Below, piece after piece: positions 25,711-38,938 of a stretch of 64,000 bases of DNA; position 1 is the first letter of the stretch, and every line of letters starts with the position of its first letter. Source of the DNA: Takakia lepidozioides (lineage: Eukaryota > Plantae > Bryophyta). Both the position numbers and the translations under genes were made by a program. The stretch is taken from positions 30,256,001 through 30,320,000 of the forward strand of contig CM060731.1 of the NCBI GenBank assembly GCA_030704615.1, read 5' to 3'. The notes beneath the pieces were generated by a model that searched no databases, was not told the origin of the DNA, and worked only from the letters and a program-made list of their open reading frames with translations.

Positions 25711-26430
25711 TGTCGCGCACCTCACTTCGGTAAGCTACCCCTCAAGTCATAGTTACTCGCTTTGATGCGCGCGCCTGACTCCCAACCTGGCCGCCGGGCC
25801 AACTTGGAGCTTCGGCTGCTCACCGGGGCATAACGGTCCCCCTTTGTTCTCTCAAAGAACCCTCCACCGATTTGGAACCAATGGGAATTCCCTTTGGTAG
25901 TTGGCAGTCCGGAACAGCTCCCCACTCTTTGGTCGCTTTCCGGCTCGCTCGCTTACTCACTAGTTTTTGGTCACCAACGGGCTTGCACCGTTCTCGGGGT
26001 TACTACTCCCTATATATATTTCTGTAGCTGTGGGGTTTCACAACCAGCCATGCCATTTTATGGCGAACCACCACGAAAACCCTCGACACCCGGTGATGAG
26101 TCGCGGTGAGTCTTGGCCCACTCACCACGGCCCTTATGGACCGTGATGAGTCCCAAGACTCCCCACGACTCCCACCACGAGGTCTCCGCCCCATGGTGAG
26201 TCCTATGCCACCCCCACTAAGTCCCGCTAAACTACCACCACCCTTTGTGGAGCCACCCCCACCGCAACCCGGTGTGCGGGGCTCCACCTAGTGAGCGCCT
26301 CCGCCTCCTTGAGTGCCTTGGGCACTCAAGGGTGCTTCAGCCCCCGTACCTATCGCTGCCACTGCCCCCACCACAGGGGCAGCCCCTCATGTGTCCCGAC
26401 CCCCTGCCCTCAAGGCAAAGGGCCGCGACA
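25711..26430 (-). repeat. 5' LTR of the chromovirus
   Basis: Direct repeat of 6683-7403. Confidence 0.95.
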
Positions 26431-28920
26431 GCTTGCCATACTCGGGCTAGAAGAAACCATTCCTCGAGACAGTGCTCGATGGATTCAGGCTGGGCCAGAC
26501 ACTGATTGCAAATAGTGTTGTTAAGTTGAGTCTTAACACAGACTAGCAAAATTCTGTGAGCATAAGAAGCCTTGGATTTTGGCTGGTCTCTCTTTTTTCC
26601 AGATATCCTTCCACACTAAGTCCCAAACAGGTTGCGTGAGGCTAAGATGCCCCCATTTTTCATTCCACCTGGCCAAGAAAGATGTAGCAGGTTTCATGAG
26701 AGTGTAACCCAATTTGACTGAGTAGGCAAAGAAGGGGGATTTCTTTTCATCTTTCCAGCTCCATTCACCCGGGTCAAATTGCAAGGCATCCAGAGGAGTA
26801 AGATAAAAACCAAATCAAAGAACAATGGTATGCCCATTGCATCTCCAGCCCTGTTGGCGGTGTTGGGTTGGCATTTCTTTTGTCATCCAGCACCCTGATG
26901 GGAAACAAAAATTGCCTATGCATGTCCATAGAACCCCTAAGCTGCAAGTTGCCCTCGTAATCTGCATGAAAATCAATGCCTGAAGCCATGCTTCCCTCCA
27001 CGGATAGAACCAAGAGGACCGTGTTTCCACCATTGGTTGTGGAGGCCGTCCAGGCAGACAAAGTCCAGAGGTCTCTGTCTCTGAGCAAGGGAGGCATGTA
27101 ATCTGGCACAGCTGCAATCAATGAAGGCCAGGACCTGGCACATCTAGGGCCTACAAAATGAGAGACCTCCGTAGCAGGCAGAAAATTGATGATTCTCCCA
27201 AATACTACCTAAATGTCTGAAGCCAGATTGTTCCCAGAACGCCCACCACTACAACAGATTGTGGCTTTTATGACTCCCATGGGTGCGCAGTCACGACAAA
27301 TTTGTGGCAGATATGCCATTTGCAGTCGTAAATGCCTTTTGAAGTCATAACATAGATCACGACGAAGCCGTTTATGCGACTGTATGACTCCGAACTTTGT
27401 GCAACACAGGTCAAACACCCTTTGACCAGGAATATTGCCATGGCGGATATGACTACCAGTCAGGGTCATGCCCATACTAGAATGACGTGTGCATATTGCT
27501 AGACGAACATATGACTTCATGACTGCCACTCTAATGCATTCTGCCAGATCATCACATGTCGTGATGACATGGAGAGTCTGTGATATGGAACAACTTATGA
27601 GGTGTCTACATATGATTGGTTAAGTGGTTTTGATATTGTGGTGCGGGGGATGCAAGTGAAGGGAACGGTTGCACACGAAGCAGATTAGTAGGCCGTTTGC
27701 GCTTTGTGGAGAAGAATGGAACGTGAAGCCAACATGCTAGAGAGGCGATCTGGAACCGCATCTGTTTGTGACGTTACGTTCAAATGGCGATGTGCATTTT
27801 AGTGTTTGTTGATCGCGGACAACATCAAAAGCAAGCCTCATACTGCGGAATGACAGACGAACAAATGATGCATTCAGGGGATAGGCAAATTCATGCAAAT
27901 CATAGATTTCACTCATGACAGTGATGCAAAACATTGCTAAACAAAAGTCTTTGACCAATGACCAAGAACACCAACAAAATATGAAATCCAAGACACTCTA
28001 ACATATTGCCTTGTGCAATCTGCGCTGTATCAGGCCGTTTAGCTCCACGCCGTGTGGTACTGGAATAGAAGCTTCGCAATACGGGCTGTTCCGATCCACC
28101 CACTTTGCCATGGGGGGGTGTTCTAAGAATGGGAGAGCCCATGAAGAAAGCTTCTTGTATGATAAAACAACTGAGATAACAGCTCATGTTCTTCTCTCTA
28201 ATGTACATATCCCCAATGACCTGCCCCAAGCTAGAACAGCAGCAGGATGACATCAGGGAATAATGATGTGGTGCAAGGCATGGAACACCTGCAGGGCACC
28301 AGCAGTGTAGTGCTGAATGTACTACACCCTGCTCGAGCCATTCACAGATGGGGGACTGTACAAGTGAGTCAGATGGTGTTAGCTGGGGCATGAGAGAAAC
28401 TGCCCATAAAATGCATCTACGCAAAGAACCCATTCAACCAGCCAGAGCATCATCTATGCGGATTGCCGGATTCTTTTGGGGAAAAATGCAAACATGATAA
28501 GTAGGGACCAAGCTTAAAAGCACTCCACTGGTATTCAATGGTCCATAAACACGAGCCTGCCCAATATAAGACCCACAAAATCACTGGGGCAATTATGTAA
28601 TGTAAACAGGAAGGCACATGCACTTTGTCAACAATGTACCCAAAGGCAGAACTGATGTGTAAATCTGCACGCCGTTCCAAAGTCTATAGTGACATAAATG
28701 TCATGTCACGTTGCCAGACAGACACGCCATGTAAGTTGGACACCTCCAACACCCTGCTACAAGGACACCCCCAAGGGCAACCCTTAGTGCCAGTCTTATG
28801 AATCCCACATTATTCATGAATCAACCAGGATTACATATTGAATTTTGCCCAATACCACCCTTCATATACTTGAGATAGAGAAAGGCAGTTGGGGGGGAAA
28901 GTCGTACCTCATTCTAGGTA

Positions 28921-31900
28921 CTAGTACACATCCACATCAACCAACTCCTCATCACTGGACTCTGAATCTCCATCGCAACTGTCCTCCGTGGGACATGGAT
29001 GTGCTTCCTCAGATCGCATGTCTCTGTAAAGTGAAGCAACCTCTTCAGGTGTCACTTGGATGGTCTGGCCCACCCTGTCAGCAGCAACATTCGTCTCTTC
29101 AATGTGATTGGGGGCTAAGAGGCCTGATACACTTGCAATATCATCGTTGCAAATGCTCACATCACAAACAGCCCTGCGTGACCTGGGGTTTTTTTCCAGC
29201 ACCACGTTCCATCTCGGTTCATTCACACACTCAGAGAAAAAAACTTGCTCGACCTGTGATGGGAGCACAAAAGGCTGTTCAAGTGGAGGCAACAAGTGGG
29301 AGAAATTCACAAATGTGAAGCCAGAGTCATCCTGCTTCATTGACACAGGCTGAGAGCCCACACGTCGTGCACGCACCCATGAACACAATAGCACCGTGGT
29401 GTGTGTGGAGCCATAATCCAATTCTAAAATCTCCTTTATGACACCCACATACCGTACGCTTTCCACCACCTGCTCACCTGAAATGCAAGTACAGTCATGC
29501 TGGAAAACAGTAGAGACCCCCGAGTCATATGTCACAAAGGGGCTGTTGAGTCCATCTGAAGTAACCCTGAAGTGGTTTCCATAAGCCGACATGCTCTTGT
29601 ATGATGTTGCGATTAATGATGGGGGTTTGGACATGTCCAACAATTCCTTGCAGGCTGAATCAGTAGCATGGTTGGCAACACTTGACACATGCTGGCGGAC
29701 TGCTTTTACCAGCCATTCTGCAAAGTGAGGGAGAGCACGGATCCTGTTCTGGTTAGCAGCATTTTCAGTCTCCAACCTGGATTTCTCCACCTCATAGGTC
29801 CTGCCAACACACGCACAACCACATCAATTTATCTAGTGCAACCCCTGCAGCCGATGGAAGAACTACTGCACACATACCTATACAAAGCATACCCATGCAT
29901 AGCAGGTACCAGAAGCTGTGACATACACTCACGTTTGCCACTTCCCCAACATAATGCTCAAACTGGGATGGTTGTGAATGACGTAGTCGTGGACAAGCTG
30001 CAACAATTCGACGGTCAACCTGCGTGGTCGACCAACTCCTTCCAACACCCAGCCCGACACTGATTCCTCCTCTCCTGCATCCCACACTCTCCGCCTAGTA
30101 GCATCAACAGAAGACAAGTACTCTGTACAAAATCCCAATGCCTCGTCAATCACGTAGCCCTCCGCCATACTGCCCTCAGGCTTCGCCAAGTTTCGCACAT
30201 ACCCTTTAAAATCCTTCATTGCTCTCTCCACCGGGTACATCCATCGAGAAGCTACAGGTCCACACAAATCCAGCTCATCCACCAAGTGGATAAGTAAATG
30301 TGTCATACCATCAAAAAATGAGGGTGGGAACTCTTTCTCCAGAAGACAAAGAGTCACTGCCACCTCCTTCTTCAATTCCTCATGTTCGGTGGGATCAATC
30401 AATTTTGCACAAAGCTTGCGAAACACACGAGACACTCTTAGTATGGCATTGCGAACCCCAGGCGCCATCAACCCACGTAGAGCAAGTGGGAGGATCTGTT
30501 GCATTAGCACGTGATAATCATGTGACTTCAATTGGCTCAACTTTTGTTTGACCACATGTTTTTTGAAAGCAGAGGCATAGCCAGTGGGTACTTTCAGATT
30601 CGTGATAATCTCCAGGAACACCCGCTGCTCTGGTTTTGTGAGCACATATGGCGCATCAGGCATTACCAATGTATCCACTCTGGTGGGATGGCGTCGTAAC
30701 CAAAGAGGCTTTCGAATGCCTTGCAATTCCAGATCGCGGTGAACTTTCATCGTGTCCTTTTCCCTGAAAAGAGTCTTCATTATGTTCTCCGTCACGTTCT
30801 TCTCGCAATGCATGGTATCAAAAGTGTGGCGGATGATAAGATGCTGCACCATGTGGTCTAACAAATTAGGCACATTGCAATGTAGTCATGAATGATGTTG
30901 CACAGGTTCAGTAAACAAACAATCATGCACAATGAAAACCAATGCACTGTTATGTTCCCAAAACACAGGTGTGGTAATCGCACCTCCCAGTAAGGCAAGT
31001 CAAACAGAATGGACAATCGTTTTACGCCATGGAGCTTGGAGGGATCGTTCTGTGCGCCTACAGTCCCACCATCATCAATCCATTGTTTGTAATGTCGTGC
31101 ACGCTCCTTGATTTCGGTGGCTGTCACTGTATGTGGAGCAGGTCTCATGTCTCGCGCCCCATTAAAAAGTCTGGATCTTCTATAGGCATGATTGTGGGGA
31201 AGATACCGTCGATGCCCCTGGAATATCAATTTCTTGCAAGCTGGGGAATATCTGGAATCGACTTGAGGTCCACATGCTGGACAAGCAGAGTACCCTTGGT
31301 GAACCTGACCTGATACCAAGCCATAGGCGGGGAAGTCATGTATGGACCACATGAGGACTGCACGCATGGTAAAAGCCCGCTCTCCTTCAATGGCTGCCAC
31401 ATCCACGGCTGCAACTCCCACCCACAATATCGTTAGCTCCTCCACTAGTGGTTGCAGGTAAACATCCACATTTTCACTTGTCACAGATTCCTTTCCAGGA
31501 ATGAGGAGTGTTAACATGACAAAAAATTTCTTCGTTACCAACCATGGAGGTAGATTATAATTGAGCACCATGATGGGCCAGGTGAACCAACTCGCGCATT
31601 TTGTGCCATAAGGATTGACCCCATCCAGTGCCAATCCAAGACGCAGATTTCTTGGATTTGAAGCAAAATCCGGCCATGTGTTGTCAATATGGCACTGAGC
31701 CTTACTGTCTGCAGCATGCCAGACCATGCCATCTGCACTTCTATGATTGTTGTGCCACTTCATGAGCTCTGCCAGCGTCTTAACTCGGAACATCCATTTC
31801 AATCTAGGTATGAGAGGAAAGTATCGCAGCACTTCTTGGGCATCTTCCCACGGTCGTCCATGTATCGAGGACTGTGGCACTTGGGGCAATTTGCAGCCTT

Positions 31901-32485
31901 TTCCAGGTCTCCACGAAACAATACACATCCACGCTCACAGGCATGGATCTGTTTGTATCCTAGACCCATCATGGCGATCATATTTTTGGCCTCATACTGC
32001 GATTTGGGCAAGGTGTTTTGTTTGGGCAAAATCTCCAGCCTCAACAATGAAAATAACTCATCCACAAATGCGTTGGTACATCTGTGAGTGGCGCAAGAAT
32101 TGAGCAACATCAATGTGGGAGTCAATCGGCTATGAACGCTCCCATCGTATAAGGGGATTTGGGACTCTCGCATGAGTTTTTCATGGTGAAGATCATTTGG
32201 TGCGCCTGCTTCTTCTCCGCCCATATTTTCCCCATCAGGCATTTCAGAGGGATTTGCGCCATTCTCAACAGCCTCATCATTGTCCAAGTGAAGGGCATTT
32301 GGGGCAGGTGTGGGATTCTCCCGGAGGGTATCTGATATTTCAAATGCATCTTGCACAGCACGGGCAATCTGGCCCCATAGCCCATTGCCGTCTTGTCCCT
32401 CCAAATTGACGTCGTTTGCAACACTCTCTACACTACATTCAGCCTCCACTTCAGAGTCGGATGTAATGTAGCCCTGTGAACGCAA
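28921..32485 (-). pseudogene. tnpD: CACTA TnpD-type transposase (Transposase_21, DUF4218 and DUF4216-like regions), intron-containing and frameshifted
   Basis: YKQIHACERGCVLF...CPKC; LRYFPLIPRLK; RNLRLGLALDGVNP; NYNLPPW; HDFPAYG; DTMHCEKNV; LKSHDYHVLMQ; RWMYPVER; PEGSMAEGY. Confidence 0.92.
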
Positions 32486-33084
32486 ATGAAAATCAGAAAT
32501 TGGGATACGATGAACATGCTTTTTTCAAAACTCCCAGACTCTGAAATTTCATTTAAACACTGTCATGTAAGCAAACACAATACGTAGAATTGCACTAGTT
32601 CAATAGAGGTGAATGCTGCAAGTCTCCCCCGCACTTGCGAATCAGGAGACGAAATTGGTCGGCCACAGTCTTCATTTCGAAACAACTTGTGGAGCTCACA
32701 CACAAAGACAAATGAAAACTACTCTCATATAATACGGCAAAGTAGGAACACAGTTCGAATCGAAAAACAAAACAAACATACCCTTTGTGATAGAAATTGA
32801 CATCCCCACATACAGACAGCTATCTTCACATACCGACAAAGTGAAAGCTCTCAACAAATATGCCCAAGTGGGCAGTGCGTTGAAGGCATGACACATGGCA
32901 ACAAACTACCAAAAGCCCAAAATGCGGCCAACCTTCCGACATGGCAGTCAACAGCGACCATGTAGTCATGACCCTCACTACATGACTCCAGTACAACCAA
33001 TGGAAGAACACCACGTAGTTGAAATGTCCATGATCCGCGGTCATGAAGTCATGGACATGACTACTCTGACGCACTACCAACTAC

Positions 33085-36000
33085 ATGACTCCATCACTAC
33101 GACTCCATGACTCCAATACATCCAACGGAAGAACGACACGTAGTTCGGACTCCAGTCACTCCACGACTGTCCAAAATGCGGACATGCGCGGGCGTGCTGC
33201 GAGCATGTCAAAGTGCGTGCATCGTGCACCATACGAACCGCCTATTCCCCCTTACCTCCCAGACCCACATGCTTACCCGGCATCTACACGTCCACCATAC
33301 AAACCTTTTGGGCCATACGGTGGGCGATACCGTCCCGCCCCCCATTCCCCATGGCAACCCCCAGCTGCCCCACCACCTGAGGAGGCAAAGGAAGACATCC
33401 CTATGACCAAGAAGGACCGAGCTAATGCTTTGAGGCGGGCGAACAGGCGTGCCAGGGCAGAGGCAATCCGAAACCATGATGCGCGAGAGGAAGATGGACT
33501 CCCCCCTCAAGTGCTTCCGGTTGACAAAGCTGGAGAGCCCATTGGACCAGCACGCAATACCTGGCATGCAGCCCTCAAAGGCCAGATGTGGCGTTTGTGT
33601 GACATGTCAATGCATATTGCAGCGTAGGATGAATCTGTCATTGAAGAAATATATAGGATTCTAAACTCTACATTTGCGTACACGCCACGTGGTCTTGACT
33701 ATGAGCACATGAGGAAGACACTTGGCATTGCCTTGAAAACCCAAAGACACGAGATCCATGCACTGTACAAGGCAGGCGAGGGGAGGCCTGCGCATCTGAA
33801 GGAAGCTCATTGGGACATGCTGGTATCGTATTGGCAGACAGCAGGATTCAGCGCAAAAAGTGCCCTCATGAAGGTTGCAAATTCATCAATCAATAAGCCT
33901 TCAAAAACAGGACGCGGTGGGAAGGCATCTGTTGAGGCTCGGCTTGTAAGTTCACACACCAGTCTTTTTGCCCTCTTTGCCTCGGCTGATTGTTGTTTAT
34001 AATGTCAAACAGGGTAAGTCCTGGCAGAAGAGAGTAGAAAAGATTCTCAAGGACCTGGACCTGGATCCGCAAGTCTTGACCCTGCTGGATAAATCTGACT
34101 TAGAGGTTGTAGTGTCTGAAGCCATGTCTGTTGCCATGAGATTGTGTGATGAAAATGAAGTTAGGCAGAACTTGTTTCCAGTCAGTGACATGGGGGTGGA
34201 CATCTTGGATGACCTCAAGGGTCTACCCACTCTTGGCACTACAGTGAAATTTAAACTCAGGGCAGGAAGCCTACCTTTGAACAGCAAACAAAAGCAGAGA
34301 GGAAAGGGAGAGTGCAATTGTCCGTTGTGTGGGCAATCTGAAGACAGTATTCATTTTCTGATACACTGTCCGGAGTTCTCTCACCAAAGAGACGCTCTCT
34401 TCAATTCAATCAAGGGAATTGTGCAAATCACACCCAGCAGATTGATGCTTGTGTGAAGGGTTTTCTAGAGGATATCTGGAAAACCCGGATTAATTCTTTA
34501 TATGAAGGTAAGTCTTACTACCAACGTCAACCCCTGACTGAGGTAGGTTCTGTTCCTTTTGTTCCCGCTCAAACTGGGCACGGGGTCAATGGCCACAAGG
34601 GTACGGCAAACAACATCTTATGAGTACAATGTATAATGGGGTGTCCATTTCCCCCATTTTACACCATGTTACGAGGGAAGTACGAAGTGCCACCAAGCTT
34701 TGGGCCAGGAATTCTCCAAATTATGTGGAGTGCAATCAGGGTTTTCTTCAAGGGGTGCTGCCTGTGGAGTGAACTAAAGTGTTCATTCACCTTGTCAGAA
34801 AGTGCTTGTAGGCTTTTCTTTAAGGGGGGAGGCAGGTATCTTGAATTACGCTTCGTTTCCCGAGTGCTACTAGCCTTTTCTATTGTAGGGAGACCCTACC
34901 TAGTGCATCTTTAAGGGTGGAGGTGTGTCCAAGAGTCACTTCAATAGCGAATCACTGTGGACTGTTTTTTGTGGAAGGAGTATTTTGTGAGTGCTACGTA
35001 GTAGTCATGTGTAAAATTGGGCGAGGTTGCAATCGTCAAGTACAATGGTAATCTTTCTTACTTGGTCCTAGCAAGTGGTCAGTAATACAGTTTGTCAGAC
35101 TTCTTGAAGGAGATAGAGACCCAGTTTTGCAATTTTGTTATGCCTTGGTTACATTTCTGTATTTCTTCCAATTGGGTCTCGCCATGGTCAGAATAGTGGT
35201 GCAACTTCATGTAAGTTGTCCCTCATGTTCATCAAGAAAGGCAAGTAGAATCGTTTGAAAGTTATATTCGGGGAGTGCGAGGTCTATGTGACGACGTGAT
35301 TTTCACCAGTTTCTGCTTAGACATATTGTGTTGATGTCGTTGCCTGAGAGCTGCTCTCATTCTCTGATTTCAGATTATGTGTACTGGCAGAGTTGTGAAG
35401 CTCCATGAAATTGTTGCTTTCTGAGTTCTGGAGGCACAATAATTTGTATTAAGCCATTCCCCAAATGAATGAAACTCATTATTAAGAGCTAATTTGCACT
35501 TGATTGTTTCAACCATGCCTTGATGGTGAGGAAACTAGCCTGCACTCATGCTTGGGCAATTTCCAATGCAGGCACAGGAGCGAGGCCGAAGTCCATCGTT
35601 GCATGAAATCCAAGAAGGTTCAGTAAGCAGAACATTGACCAGCGAGCGGATGGTGAGATTCGAGCAGATCATTCTTTCTCCCATTTTTTGGCGATTATTT
35701 TGTTCTAGGCATTTTCCCTACCAACGGCATGATGTTCTCATGTTGTTCATGGACTTGCGTGGACCTGGCACGAGGGGACCTCTGGGTATTCAGCAGTTGC
35801 TCGCAAAGTGGAGGATATGGAAAGAGCACAGGGTGCACAACACAAAGATATAATGGATTTGAAGGCTACAATATCGCATGTGATGATGTACCAGAAGGCC
35901 ATGGCAGAGAAATTTGGGATCAGCATTTCCTCACCCGCCTTAGTGGGCTCATCCATAGCAAACAGCTCGTGCATCGCTGGCCCTTCAGCCTCGAGACATC

Positions 36001-37731
36001 TGGAGGATAGGTTTGATTTGCATGGCATGTCACCAGGTAACGTCACTCCAGTTGATGCATTCGAGGATGATGTGCAGGTGGAGCATGTTGGCCCAGGTGG
36101 AGGGGAGGACACCCCTACCAAGGAACTTACGCGTCCTCATGCAGTTCTGTCACACTGTGCGGTAGTGGAGGCGCATGCAGAACTCCGGCCTGCTGCTGTC
36201 GCGGTGGGGGCATCTGAGAGAACCTGGACATTGACCTTGTTTCCCCGATGGCAGATATTACCCAGCAACCCACGGTTGTCACTTCCACTCCCAACCTCCA
36301 ATTCATGAAGGAGAATGTCGTGCACAGAACAGTGGAGAAGGGCAAGCATTTGCTCATCCTAGATATTAATGGCTTGCTGTGTGAGTGCGTCCATGTCGGG
36401 AGCGGTAATGCGTTTGTGGTTCCAAATGGCCTTGAGCACAAATTATGTGGTAGCAAGATGGTCGTTGTAAGGCCTAATTGCAAAGCTTTTTTGGACAAGT
36501 GTTTTGAACACTTTGAAGTGGTGGCATGGTCTTGTATGCAACCACGTAACTTCCTACCCACAGTGGACTGGCTTTTCCATGGGCACGGTGACCTTGCATT
36601 CAAGTGGGATGGGGGATATTGTGAGCAGTCCACTGACATGGATGGGAGCCTGCCCATGAAACCACGGTTTTTGAAGAACCTATCTATGGTGTGGCAGGGC
36701 AACCGTGACTGGAATCCTGAAACGACTCTTCTTGTTGACGACACACCGCACAAGGGGTCGAACAATCCAGCATACAGCGCAATTTTCCCACTGCCTTGGA
36801 GAAGTCGTTCTGTAGAGGCGCACAATGATAATTTTCTTCTGACCAGCTTATGGCCCTTCTTGGAGGGGGCAGCTAAGGCTCCGAGCATTCCAGAATATCT
36901 CAAAGGGCAACCCACATTTGGGCAACAAACTATCAGCCCTCGAGCCATTCAGCCTCGCCAGGTAACATACTTTGTAGTGTGGTACACTCCGTGGTCGAAT
37001 TTTTGTGTGACTCCCTTGTGCCATTGCCAGCCTCATTTGTGCTTAAGTTGTGGCAGTAATCAACCTTGTGATAGAGTTTGTCAAATTATTGTCGCAGTGT
37101 GAACTGCAGGCATTGACAGTGAATGGTGCATCTTATTGTGTTACTGTCATTTGAGTTCCCAGTGTATGCCAAAATACATTTTTGGTGCTTGTTGGTTGGT
37201 TGTAGGTGCTTGGCCACGAACGAGGCCCCCCAAGTCAAAGGGCAGCACACCTTCACCCTTTCAGGAAGTCGACACCACTGATCCCTGATTCGCAGAATGG
37301 GGTAAGTGTATGCATCTGCTATTCTCCCCTTCCCGACCTGGATAGACAAATTGTTATTAGCTCATTGTAGACCTTGTAGACACAATACTTTGCACGATCC
37401 GTGTTCCATAATTCTCATGCAATCTGCCATGTTTGGGGTGGGATGGCAGTTCGTGGTGGGAGACCATGTCAAGCTCATAGACACTGTTTCGCGATCAACA
37501 GCCGGATCTGGCCGCATTGCTGGTCTCCAAGGGATGGAGGTGAGTGAAGGGTACCCTGTCGTGCCAGAAGGCTATATGGCCATCCACATTGATGATGTCC
37601 GCATTCCCAATGCCCCTCTACCATATCACAACAAATCCATGAAGCCTCATCACACTGAGTTGGGAGACACTGTAGGTTACATTACTGTGTGGAGTGACAA
37701 ACTAGTGAAGACCTTGCAGACAAAGAGATGA
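33085..37731 (+). pseudogene. CACTA second gene (TnpA-like N-terminus, internal FCP1/NIF-like HAD phosphatase domain, C-terminal En/Spm-associated domain)
   Basis: HWDMLVSYW...SKTGRGG (33709-33945); HLLILDINGLL...VRPNCKAFL...FEVVAWS...TLLVDDTPHK...NP (36330-36960); VPEGYMAIHIDDV...LPY...LGDTVGYITVW (37440-37731). Exon linkage is inferred. Confidence 0.65.
33990..34630 (+). mobile_element. 5'-truncated LINE 3' fragment (RTE/CR1-like C-terminus) inside the CACTA element
   Basis: KFKLRAGSLPLN...CPLCGQSEDSIHFLIHCPEFSHQR; boundaries approximate. Confidence 0.6.
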
Positions 37732-38938
37732 GGCAGGTCGGCACGCATTGTGGATTTCATGGGGATTTCCACCTCTGCCTCATCCGGATTTGGCAACTAC
37801 GGTAACTTATAGTAGTGACAGATTCTCTGAATTGACTGTCCAATTTTGATAGCAACCACATGTTGGATTTCCTCTTGCATGTTGTTGCAAACTTATGCCT
37901 CATTAATGAGCAATGTGGTGGGAGGTGGTATGTCCCCATTGCACACACTATGGTTGGTAATGTTGCTGCTGGGAGAATGTGGTTGATAATGGTGATGCTA
38001 GATGGTGATGTTGCTGCTATTTGTGCTCTTTCAGAATTACGTCTGTGCCACTTCTATGCCTAAAGTCTTGCTATATACATGATTGTGATGTTGTATGGCA
38101 TATGCACGTGGCACCCTATTGGCTGCCTCTGTGGCATATCCACGTGTCCGTCCAGAGTCATAACCATGAGTACCGAACCCAATATGATACGTGTATGAGC
38201 ATAATTACATTCCGACACGTGACCCCCTAAGGTCCCCGCGCAGTTGGTCTTATGACTCCATATGCAAAACGTCCAGTCAAATGTATGTCTACGAAGCAGC
38301 ACGTGAGGTTTAGAGGATTGTGCACGTGGCACCACGTGGGACTACAACGTCCTCATGGAAAGGGTGATCATGGAATATACCGTACTGCGCCAGTCGTAGG
38401 TATGACTGGCAAGAATCCACCGCAGCGCCCGAAAGTCCAGCACGTGGGCATACACGATCGTGGCACGTGGTGTCCCCAGATGCTGCCACGTGTTGATACC
38501 AATTTCCCCAAGACATACATGTGACTGCGAAGCCCCGTCCCCCACAGTGACACGTGGCATTGATATGTCGCACCACGCGTTTCTTCTACGACGCGACATG
38601 TGCTGTCGTTTAGTTCCCTTGTCCGCTGTCATAGCTGGCAGTCAGGGACGGCGTCGCAGTCTGACACGTGGCATGTTATGTAGCTAGCACGTGTCTGCCT
38701 TACACCGCGGCTGACATGGACTACACTGTCCGTTCAGTCATTCTGTAATGCCAGCGTGTATGACTACCCCCACAGATGCTATGGCGCCACGTCACAGCCA
38801 GCCTGGAGAGTCATATCTGCCATGTCACAACTGACTAGGGCTTTACGTCTGCAGAGTCAGGAAGTCGTAAATGGCTTCCATGACTGCATTTGCAGTCATA
38901 ACATAGAGACGTAAAAGCCGCAATCTGTTGTTGTGCAC

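Larger units (their letters stand above)
6683..26430 (-). mobile_element. Ty3/Gypsy chromovirus LTR retrotransposon (Met PBS), disrupted by a nested insertion
   Basis: Direct TG...CA LTRs, TSD GCTTG (6678-6682 and 26431-26435), PBS, domain order gag-PR-RT-RH-INT-chromodomain. Confidence 0.95.
27247..38935 (-). mobile_element. CACTA (En/Spm) DNA transposon
   Basis: TIR CACTACAACAGATTGTGGCTTTTATGACTC versus the reverse complement of the right end, CACAACAACAGATTGCGGCTTTTACGTCTC. 3-bp TSD CAC (27244-27246 and 38936-38938). Confidence 0.92.
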
